Position numbers and translations under genes: made by a program
Assembly: GCA_035652635.1 (NCBI GenBank)
Contig: DASRDL010000143.1
Location: forward strand, 899-64,898
Direction of reading: 5' to 3'
DNA: 64,000 nucleotides
Origin: Hyphomicrobiaceae bacterium
GTDB lineage: Bacteria; Pseudomonadota; Alphaproteobacteria; Rhizobiales; Hyphomicrobiaceae
Part shown: in pieces, positions 56,223 through 63,163 of the stretch
Position numbering within the stretch: position 1 is the first letter of the stretch
Layout of the letters: each line of letters begins with the position of its first letter
The notes under the pieces: generated by a model
Database searches by the model: none
Seen by the model: only the letters and a program-made list of their open reading frames with translations
What the model was told of the DNA's origin: nothing

Positions 56223-56851
56223 GACATGCCATCGCCGACACCGACGTCCTGCTGGTCGTCGACGTGCAGAACGATTTCTGCCCGGGAGGCAGGCTGGCGG
56301 TGCCGCGCGGCGACGAGGTGGTGGGTCTCGTCAACCGGCTCGGCAGCCTCTTCCAGAACGTCGTGCTCACACAGGACTGGCATCCGCCGGGACACCGTTC
56401 GTTCGCCTCCACGCACCCGGGCAAGCAGCCCTACGAGACGGTCGCGTTCCCCTACGGCCCGCAGGTGCTGTGGCCGGACCACTGCGTGCAGGGCTCGCCG
56501 GGCGCGCAATTCCATCCCGGGCTCGACATCCCGCACGCCGAGCTGGTGCTGCGCAAGGGCTACCGCCGCGACATCGATTCCTATTCCACCTTCTACGAGA
56601 ACGACCACACGACGCCCACCGGTCTCGCCGGCTACCTGCGCGAGCGCGGGCTCACGCGGGTGGTCCTTGCAGGGTTGGCGTTCGACTTCTGCGTGCGCTA
56701 CTCGGCGGAGGACGCGCACCGCTGCGGCTTCGGCGTGACGGTGGTGGAGGACGCCTGCCGCGGCATCGATGTCGCCGGCTCGATGGATGCGGCGCGCCAG
56801 GCGCTCGCCCGCCTGAGCATTCCCTGCCTCGCCGCCGAGGCGGTCGGCTGA
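56219..56851 (+). CDS. pncA: nicotinamidase/pyrazinamidase (isochorismatase family)
   Basis: LLVVDVQNDFCPGG, metal and catalytic region, GLAFDFCV catalytic Cys. ATGA overlap with pncB. Confidence 0.9.
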   Translation: MRHAIADTDVLLVVDVQNDFCPGGRLAVPRGDEVVGLVNRLGSLFQNVVLTQDWHPPGHRSFASTHPGKQPYETVAFPYGPQVLWPDHCVQGSPGAQFHPGLDIPHAELVLRKGYRRDIDSYSTFYENDHTTPTGLAGYLRERGLTRVVLAGLAFDFCVRYSAEDAHRCGFGVTVVEDACRGIDVAGSMDAARQALARLSIPCLAAEAVG

Positions 56852-56875
56852 CCCGGCACGGAGCGGAGGCGGAAC

Positions 56876-57943
56876 GTGCCAGGTGATCCCCCGTCGGCCG
56901 CGCCAGACGAGCCGACGCTTGCCGACAAGGTGGCGTTCCTCAGCCGCCCCGACGCTTATCCCTATCCTGTCGAGGAGGTCGTGCGCCGGGAGACGCACAT
57001 GTCGTGGGTGTTTCTTGCCGGCAGCAAGGTCTACAAGCTGAAGAAGCCGGTGCGGTTTCCTTACCTCGACTTCTCCACGCTGGAGCGGCGGGAGGCGGCG
57101 TGCAGGGCGGAGTTCAGCCTCAACTGCCGGCTCGCGCCCGACGTCTACATCGGCGTTGCGCCCCTGGTGGCCACCCCGCGCGGTCTTGCGCTCGGCGGTG
57201 CGGGCCGCACCGTCGACTGGCTGGTGGTTATGCACCGCCTCGACGAGCGCTGGGTGCTCGAGGAGGTCCTGCGCGAGGGCCGGCTCGAGACCGGGCAGCT
57301 CGACCGGCTGGTCGCCACCCTCGTGGGCTTCTATCGGCACGCGCGGCCGGCCTACGTCTCGCCGGGCTTGCACCTGGCCGAATGGCGGAGCGACCTCGCC
57401 CTCAACCGCCGCATCCTGCTCGAGCCGCGGTTCGGCCTGCCGGCAGGGCTCGTCAGAAGGATCGACCGCGTTCTGCACCGTTTCCTGGCGCAGCGCGCCG
57501 GCCTGCTCGTCTCCCGCGTGCGCCGCCGTCGCATCGTCGACGGGCACGGCGACCTGCGCCCGGAGCACGTCTGGCTCGATCACCGCGTGCGCATCATCGA
57601 CTGCCTGGAGTTCAACACACGCCTGCGCACCGTCGACCCGCTGGACGAGGTCGCCTTCCTGACGCTGGAGTGCGAGCGGCTGGGCGGCGCGTGGGCCGGC
57701 CGCTACATCAAGCGAGGGGTCGAGCAGGGACTCCACGAAGACGCGCCGGAGGAGCTGTTCCTGTTCTATCGCTGCTACCGGGCGACGCTGCGGGCCCGCC
57801 TCGCCATCGCCCACCTCATCGAGCCGAAGCCCCGCACGCCGGAGAAATGGCCGCGGCTCGCACGCACCTACCTTGCCATCGCGGCACGCGACGCCAGGAA
57901 GCTCGAGGCCTGCCTCAGAACACGCGCTCCACCCCCGTCCTGA
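56876..57943 (+). CDS. aminoglycoside-phosphotransferase-fold (kinase-like) protein of unknown substrate
   Basis: GTG start. VYKLKKPV (Lys), catalytic-loop-like DGHGDLRPEHVW, IIDCLEF (metal Asp). The last codons and the stop lie in repeat family 2 copy 3. Confidence 0.7.
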   Translation: MPGDPPSAAPDEPTLADKVAFLSRPDAYPYPVEEVVRRETHMSWVFLAGSKVYKLKKPVRFPYLDFSTLERREAACRAEFSLNCRLAPDVYIGVAPLVATPRGLALGGAGRTVDWLVVMHRLDERWVLEEVLREGRLETGQLDRLVATLVGFYRHARPAYVSPGLHLAEWRSDLALNRRILLEPRFGLPAGLVRRIDRVLHRFLAQRAGLLVSRVRRRRIVDGHGDLRPEHVWLDHRVRIIDCLEFNTRLRTVDPLDEVAFLTLECERLGGAWAGRYIKRGVEQGLHEDAPEELFLFYRCYRATLRARLAIAHLIEPKPRTPEKWPRLARTYLAIAARDARKLEACLRTRAPPPS

Positions 57944-58032
57944 GCTTGTCGAAGGACGGACCACGCATGCCGGCCGTGCTTCGACAGGCTCAGCACGGGG
58001 TTGGAGCGTGTGACGGGGTTGGAGCGCGTGAC
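57919..58032. repeat. palindromic repeat family 2, copy 3, with duplicated terminal module
   Basis: AACACGCGCTCCACCCCCGTCCTGAGCTTGTCGAAGGACGG...GTGCTTCGACAGGCTCAGCACGGGGTTGGAGCGTGTGACGGGGTTGGAGCGCGTGAC. Confidence 0.9.
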
Positions 58033-58076
58033 ATGACGCCGAGGGCTGGGCGAGTCCGACCTAGCGCGCGGTGGTA

Positions 58077-59108
58077 TCAGAACACGACGAGGTCGGTGAG
58101 CGGGCAAGCGTCGTAGAGACGTGCGATCGCCTCGGCGAGGAGCGGAGCCGATGGGAGCAGCACGAGCTTGTCGCGGGCCGGCCCTTTCCCCAGGCGGAAG
58201 GGCGGCACGGCATCCGTGACGACGAGGCTGTCGATGGCCGGATCAGCCAGAACCTCGGCGGCGCCCTCCATGAACAGGCCGTGCGTCACCAGCGCCAAGA
58301 CCCGGCGTGCGCCCGCCGCACGCGCGCCCTTCGCGGCACGCAGGAGGGTGCCGCCGGTGCTGATCAGGTCGTCGATGACGAGGGCCGTGCAGCCTGCGAC
58401 ATCGCCCACGAACAGGTCGCCCGAGACGACGCCGGCGCTGCGATGCTTGTCGGCGAAGGCCTTGCCGACGGGACGGCCGCAGGCGGCCTCCAGCGTCTCG
58501 CGGAAAAGCTCCGCCCGCTTGGCGCCACCCGTGTCCGGCGACACGACGCAGAGCTTCTCGTCCCCGAGCTTGCGCGCATAGTCGACGAGCAGCGGAGTGC
58601 CCGTCAGCGCCACCGTGCGGCAACGGAAGGCATTCTCGAAGGCGACCGGATTGTGCACCTCCAGGGTGACGATCACGTCGGTGCCGACGGCTTCGAACAT
58701 GCCGGCGACGTAACGCGTGGTCACGGGGTCGTTGGGCTTGGTGCGGCGGTCCTTGCGCGCGTAGCACAGGTAGGGCACGACGGCCGTGACGCGGGCAGCG
58801 CCGGCGTCCTTGAGCGCGCCGATGAAGAACAGCAGGCGGCAGAGTTTGTCGTTGGCGCTCATGGCGGGCCCGCCGTGCAGGCTCTGGACGACGTAGACGT
58901 CCTGGCCGAGCACCGCATCGAGGGGGCGCGCCTTGTGCTCGCCGTCCTCGAAGTCGCGCTCCTCGTGGGAAGCGAGAGGCTGGCCGAGCGCGGTTGCTAT
59001 CGCCTTGCCGAGCTCCGCCGTTGCCCCGAGAGCGAACAATCGCAGCCGATCGCGCGGGGCTCGCCGCACAGGCTCACTCGGGCTCCACAGGGACGGCGAC
59101 TGAGGCAT
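58077..59108 (-). CDS. prs: ribose-phosphate pyrophosphokinase (PRPP synthase), divergent paralogue
   Basis: VVPYLCYARKDRR, VVSPDTGGAKRA and PRPP loop ALVIDDLISTGGTL align to the Prs pattern. The N-terminal extension and many substitutions suggest a second copy. Confidence 0.8.
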   Translation of the reverse strand: MPQSPSLWSPSEPVRRAPRDRLRLFALGATAELGKAIATALGQPLASHEERDFEDGEHKARPLDAVLGQDVYVVQSLHGGPAMSANDKLCRLLFFIGALKDAGAARVTAVVPYLCYARKDRRTKPNDPVTTRYVAGMFEAVGTDVIVTLEVHNPVAFENAFRCRTVALTGTPLLVDYARKLGDEKLCVVSPDTGGAKRAELFRETLEAACGRPVGKAFADKHRSAGVVSGDLFVGDVAGCTALVIDDLISTGGTLLRAAKGARAAGARRVLALVTHGLFMEGAAEVLADPAIDSLVVTDAVPPFRLGKGPARDKLVLLPSAPLLAEAIARLYDACPLTDLVVF

Positions 59109-59144
59109 ATCACTCTCTTCTCTCGATCGCGGCTCCAGCCCGCC

Positions 59145-60767
59145 TCACATCGCCAGCTCCGGCTCCGCCTGAGCTTCCTTCTTGCGCTCGGGCAGCTCGG
59201 TCATCGTCGCCTCCGTCAGCAGCAGGACGCCCGCCACCGAGACCGCGTTCTCGAGCGCGACGCGCACGACCTTGGTCGGGTCGATGATGCCGGCCTCGAC
59301 GAGGTCCACGTACTTGTTGCAGGCCGCATCGAAGCCGAAATTCCCCTGTCCTTCCACCATCTTGGCGACGACCACGCCGCCATCGACAGCCGAGTTGTCG
59401 GCGATCTGGCGCGCCGGGGCGCCGAGCGCGCGCTTGAGGATCTGAATGCCGGTCTTCTCGTCGCCCTCGCTATGGGCCTCCTCATCGCTCACGGCCTCGA
59501 TGCAGCGCAGCAGGGCCAATCCGCCGCCCGGCACGATCCCCTCGGCGACGGCCGCCTTGGTAGCGCTGATGGCGTCGTCGAGCGCCTCCTTCTTCGCCTT
59601 CATCTCGGACTCGGAGGGCGCGCCGACGCGGATCACGGCCACCCCGCCCGCCAGCTTCGCCAGCCGCTCGCGCAGCTTCTCCTTGTCGTAGTCGCTCGTC
59701 GACTTGTCGATCTCGCGGCGGATCTGCTGCACGCGGTCGTCGATGGCCTTGCGGCTGCCCGCGCCGCCGATGATGGTCGTGTTGTCCTTGTCGACGACGA
59801 CGCGCTTGGCGCGCCCGAGCTGGTCGAACGCGACGCTCTCGAGCTTGAGGCCAAGCTCCTCCGAGATCACCTGGCCGCCGGTGAGCACGGCGATGTCCTG
59901 CAGCATGGCCTTGCGGCGGTCGCCGAAGCCCGGTGCCTTGGCCGCGCAGCTCTTCAGCGCACCCCTCAGCTGGTTGACGATCAGCGTGGCGAGCGCCTCG
60001 CCCTCGATGTCCTCGGCAATCACCAGCAGCGGACGCGCCGCCTTCGCCACCTGCTCGAGCAGCGGGATCAGGTCCTTGAGGGCGCTGATCTTCCTGTCGC
60101 AGATCAGGATGAGCGCATCCTCGAGCACGGCCTCCATCTTCTCGGTGTTGGTGATGAAGTAGGGCGAGATGAAGCCGCGGTCGAACTGCATGCCTTCGAC
60201 GACGTCGAGCGCGGTCTCGGTGGTTTTCGATTCTTCGACGGTGATGACGCCCTCGTTGCCGACCTTCTCCATCGCGCCGGCGACCAGCTCGCCGATGACC
60301 GGATCGTTGTGAGCGGAGATGGTGGCGACCTGCGCCTTCTCCTTGCGCTCCCTGACCGGCCGCGACAGCGCCTTCAACCGGTCCACCGCCGCCTTGGCGC
60401 CCCGCTCGAGGCCGCGCTTCAGGTCGATGGCGCTGGCGCCGGCGACGACGTTGCGCACCCCGTCCGCGAAGATGGCATGAGCCAGCATCACCGAGGTGCT
60501 GGTGCCGTCGCCCACGGCCTCGCCCGTCTTCTCGGCGGCCTGGCGCAGCATCTGCGCCCCCAGGTTCTCCTCCGCGTCCTGCAGATCGAGCTCCTTGGCG
60601 ATGGTGACGCCGTCGTTGCACACGAGCGGCGCTCCCCACTTCCTCTGGATCAGCACGGACTTGGACTTGGGGCCAAGCGTCACGCGTACGGCATCGGCCA
60701 GCTGCGTGGCACCGTGCAACAGCTTCTCGCGGGCCACCGAACGGAACAGGACCTGCTTGTGCGGCAT
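59145..60767 (-). CDS. groEL: chaperonin GroEL paralogue (divergent, no adjacent groES)
   Basis: Starts [17 protein letters not shown] within ORF 59145-61184. [45 protein letters not shown]. Ends EPELAM without a GGM tail. Confidence 0.9.
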   Translation of the reverse strand: MPHKQVLFRSVAREKLLHGATQLADAVRVTLGPKSKSVLIQRKWGAPLVCNDGVTIAKELDLQDAEENLGAQMLRQAAEKTGEAVGDGTSTSVMLAHAIFADGVRNVVAGASAIDLKRGLERGAKAAVDRLKALSRPVRERKEKAQVATISAHNDPVIGELVAGAMEKVGNEGVITVEESKTTETALDVVEGMQFDRGFISPYFITNTEKMEAVLEDALILICDRKISALKDLIPLLEQVAKAARPLLVIAEDIEGEALATLIVNQLRGALKSCAAKAPGFGDRRKAMLQDIAVLTGGQVISEELGLKLESVAFDQLGRAKRVVVDKDNTTIIGGAGSRKAIDDRVQQIRREIDKSTSDYDKEKLRERLAKLAGGVAVIRVGAPSESEMKAKKEALDDAISATKAAVAEGIVPGGGLALLRCIEAVSDEEAHSEGDEKTGIQILKRALGAPARQIADNSAVDGGVVVAKMVEGQGNFGFDAACNKYVDLVEAGIIDPTKVVRVALENAVSVAGVLLLTEATMTELPERKKEAQAEPELAM

Positions 60768-60870
60768 GAAATCGACCCTTCGCGCTGCGCCTCGACAGGC
60801 ACGCCCGGTCGAGGAGCCCGTCGCATGCGTTGCTCTGGCGAGAGAACAAGGCAGGACGGCATCGCCCACC

Positions 60871-60884
60871 TTGACACCGGTCAA
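60871..60884. promoter_or_regulatory. FNR/FixK-type box TTGAC-N4-GTCAA
   Basis: TTGACACCGGTCAA in the 228-bp divergent region between groEL (ATG 60767) and the 87-aa ORF (ATG 60996). Confidence 0.5.
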
Positions 60885-60995
60885 TGCCGGGGACGCCCTT
60901 GCGGCCGCCAATTCCGCCGAGATGTAGTGGTCCGAGCAATGCCCGGGGCGTTGCGACCTGCCCAGGCGGTCGAAGGTCAAAGAAGGAGAGAGAAG

Positions 60996-61259
60996 ATGGC
61001 CACACCCAAAAGCGACTCGAAAGCTCGGCCGCTCGCCTCGTCGATCGACGTGCGGCACGTGATCGGCCCGGTGACCGATGAGACGGTGGCGGCCATCCTG
61101 AAGTGCGGTGCGTCCGCGGAGGATCTGGAGCTCGTCGCCTGCTACCTGCGCGGCGAGGGCAACCGCGTGGACCGGGAAGGCCATCCCATTGCGGGCAGGG
61201 TGGCGCAGCTCTACGACATCGTGAGCGCCGACGAGCTCTACATGAACGAGGAGAGGTGA
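60996..61259 (+). CDS. hypothetical small protein (87 aa)
   Basis: ATG preceded by AAGGAGAG. Sequence [55 protein letters not shown]... No family recognised. Confidence 0.55.
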   Translation: MATPKSDSKARPLASSIDVRHVIGPVTDETVAAILKCGASAEDLELVACYLRGEGNRVDREGHPIAGRVAQLYDIVSADELYMNEER

Positions 61260-61280
61260 GGGCTGCCGCGCGGCCCCGTC

Positions 61281-61313
61281 ATTCCCGCGAGCGCGAAGCG
61301 CGTCAGCGGGAAT
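61281..61313. terminator. hairpin between convergent genes (ATTCCCGC...GCGGGAAT)
   Basis: 8-bp outer stem with inner GCGC-GAA-GCGC. Lies between the 87-aa ORF stop and the tandem-USP stop. No T-run. Confidence 0.35.
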
Positions 61314-61361
61314 CCAGCCGGAAACTCGACGTTCGCTTGGCGGGCATGACGTCGGGGGAAG

Positions 61362-62213
61362 CTATGCCCTCGCCACCAGCACGTCGCAGGGGGCCTCCAC
61401 CAGGAACTCCCGGGCGAGGCTGCCGATCATGGCAATCGCCAGGCCGCTTCGGGCATGGGTCCCCATGGCCACCAGGTCCGGCTGGTAGGATACGATGGCA
61501 TCGCGGAGCACGAAGAACGGGTTGCCCGCCGTCATCTCGACCCGTGGCGGCGAGGCCGGCATCGCGAGCTCGACGAGGTTGTCCTGCGCCTGCCGCTCGA
61601 TGCGCTTGCGGAGCAATTCGTTCTCTTTCACCATGGCCTTCTCGGCCGAGTCCCGGGTTCCGAAGCCGATCGGCGGCACCTGCCAGGCATGGACGATGAG
61701 GAATTCCGCGCCCGGTGCCACGGCATACGCGGCGTCCAGCGCGCGGGTGGCGCCCTTGGAGAAATCGACCGCGACGAGCACGCGGCGGTAGGCATCCCCG
61801 CCGGCACGTTTCACGACCAGCACGGGCCGGTCGCTGTGGCGGACGACACGCTCGGTCGTGGTGCCGGCGAAGAATTCCTTGAGGCCCTGCTTGCCAGGCT
61901 CGCCGACCACGATGAGATCGGCGCCGCGCTCGCGCGCATGCTCGATGATGACGGCAAAGGGCTCGCCGCCTTCCACGCTGAACCTTGCGCCCGCGCGATC
62001 CTCCTCCGGCTGCCGCGCCAGCCAGTCGCGCAGGTATTCTTCGGCCAGCGCCTGCCGGCGCTCCCGCACTTGCGCCACGAGGCCGTGCTCCACGACGTGC
62101 AGAAGGTCGAGCGTCGCGCCCCGCTCGCGGCGGAGGCGGGCGGCACGCTTGAAGGCCCGCTCCGAGCGCTCGCTCAAGTCCGTCGCCGCAAGGATGTGCT
62201 TGATGCCTGCCAT
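61362..62213 (-). CDS. universal stress protein with two tandem UspA domains
   Basis: Starts MAGIKHILAATDLSERS. A second domain begins RRVLVAVDFSKGA. C-terminal GSLAREFLVEAPCDVLV. Confidence 0.88.
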   Translation of the reverse strand: MAGIKHILAATDLSERSERAFKRAARLRRERGATLDLLHVVEHGLVAQVRERRQALAEEYLRDWLARQPEEDRAGARFSVEGGEPFAVIIEHARERGADLIVVGEPGKQGLKEFFAGTTTERVVRHSDRPVLVVKRAGGDAYRRVLVAVDFSKGATRALDAAYAVAPGAEFLIVHAWQVPPIGFGTRDSAEKAMVKENELLRKRIERQAQDNLVELAMPASPPRVEMTAGNPFFVLRDAIVSYQPDLVAMGTHARSGLAIAMIGSLAREFLVEAPCDVLVARA

Positions 62214-62262
62214 GCCTTCCTCTCTTGGCCTTCCTCTCTTGCGCGAGGCGCGCCTGCCGGCG

Positions 62263-62276
62263 TTGATCGAGGTCAA
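62263..62276. promoter_or_regulatory. FNR/FixK-type box TTGAT-N4-GTCAA
   Basis: TTGATCGAGGTCAA, 50 bp upstream of the tandem-USP ATG (62213). Confidence 0.5.
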
Positions 62277-62320
62277 CACGCGTGCCGGCCGGTCGCCGGT
62301 GCGCGCTGCCCCGCAGAAGA

Positions 62321-62737
62321 TCAGACGGCGGCGCGGTCTTCCGTCGAAAGACGAGCGGGGAGACAGCACAGCGGCAGCACACGCGCGGCGGTGCGCTGCT
62401 GTGCAGCTGAAAGTACGGCGAAGAGATCGGCAGCGGCAGCGCGCATCGAGTCCAGCGCCGCGAGCCGGGCCTTCGGCGTGCCGAAGGCCAGGTCCAGGGC
62501 ATCGAGCGACGCCTCGCCCGCAACGGGCAGGGAGCGCATGCGGCAGGCATTGCTCTCCAGCGTTGCCGCGAAGCCTTCCCATGCCTGCGCCTGCCGGGGC
62601 GTGATCGCCAGCGCCTTCTCCATGTCCGCCAGGAAGTCTGCGGGGGCGCGCGGCGGCGTCCTGTCACCCTTCCGGCGCCGCTGGAGGGCGCCGATGCCGC
62701 CGGGCGCGCGACCGGTGTGGTGCTGGGCTGTGGCCAT
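62321..62737 (-). CDS. hypothetical helical protein (138 aa), weak LTXXQ/Spy-like flavour, no signal peptide
   Basis: ATG 62737 preceded by GGAGGAGG. Contains ITPRQAQAWEGF... and LSAAQQRTAARVL. Confidence 0.5.
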   Translation of the reverse strand: MATAQHHTGRAPGGIGALQRRRKGDRTPPRAPADFLADMEKALAITPRQAQAWEGFAATLESNACRMRSLPVAGEASLDALDLAFGTPKARLAALDSMRAAAADLFAVLSAAQQRTAARVLPLCCLPARLSTEDRAAV

Positions 62738-62877
62738 CGGTGACCTCCTCCATTCGGATCGTTCGGCACCTTCAGCCGACCACCCGCGCGTCACCGCCGT
62801 GCATCGCATTTGAGACAAAGCGTAAGGAATTGTAACAGGGGCCTGCCGGGCTCGGTGCAGCGCGCCCGTCCGCACGC

Positions 62878-62916
62878 AAAAAAAGCGCGCCTCCGGGAAT
62901 GGAGGGAGGCGCGCTT
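62878..62916 (-). terminator. canonical Rho-independent terminator (minus strand)
   Basis: Minus-strand read: GCGCGCCTCC-ctccattccc-GGAGGCGCGC followed by TTTTTTT. No protein gene ends here. Confidence 0.75.
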
Positions 62917-63100
62917 GGGGAGGAAGCTGCGACTGGAGAGAGCGCAGCTCGAGGCAGCCTACCGGGCGACCCTGACAGGGGACTGACAGACGAGGCCATC
63001 GCCGCGGAGGCATTGGAATCTCTCGCGCGGCCAAGGCCTTGCGTGACGTCCGCGGAGAGCTTGCCGGCCTTGCGGCGGGCACAGATCGAGCACCGGGAAC
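62878..63100 (-). ncRNA. candidate small RNA (unclassified), 5' end uncertain
   Basis: The orphan terminator is preceded by several stem-loops (GCTGCG...CGCAGC, GCCGCG...CGCGGC). A single-stranded CUUCCUCCCC tract sits just upstream of the terminator. Possible -10 TATAGC at 63105-63110. Confidence 0.4.
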
Positions 63101-63163
63101 CCGTGCTATAGTCGCCCCGGCACCGCCACGCACCAAAGCGGCGGGCATCCGGGAGAAATGCTC

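Noticed and set aside
54864-59108. The Prs-like plus phosphoribosyltransferase pair as a NARP1-like NAD-reconstitution (phage anti-defence) system or defence-related NAD module.
   Set aside because: The transferase has the NAPRTase N-terminal pattern and is translationally coupled to a nicotinamidase, which fits classical Preiss-Handler salvage. There are no phage, defence or mobile genes nearby. This is kept only as a low-probability alternative, testable by assaying ADP-ribose as a Prs substrate.
62772-63111. A 75-aa minus-strand ORF (62772-62999) and a 70-aa plus-strand ORF (62899-63111) in the gap upstream of the NHL-protein gene.
   Set aside because: The minus ORF reads straight through a canonical terminator hairpin and T-run, and the plus ORF starts inside the hairpin. 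Both have implausible composition and no RBS. The region is better explained as non-coding RNA.
62917-63163. The idea that the structured region is a riboswitch or 5' leader of the NHL-protein gene, or a housekeeping RNA (SRP RNA, 6S, tmRNA, RNase P).
   Set aside because: I could not find any conserved core I know, such as the SRP GGAA-tetraloop helix, the B12 box, the TPP CUGAGA/ACCUGA motifs or the RNase P GAGGAAAGUCC. The only terminator has minus-strand polarity, opposite to the NHL gene. This cannot be fully excluded without a covariance-model scan.
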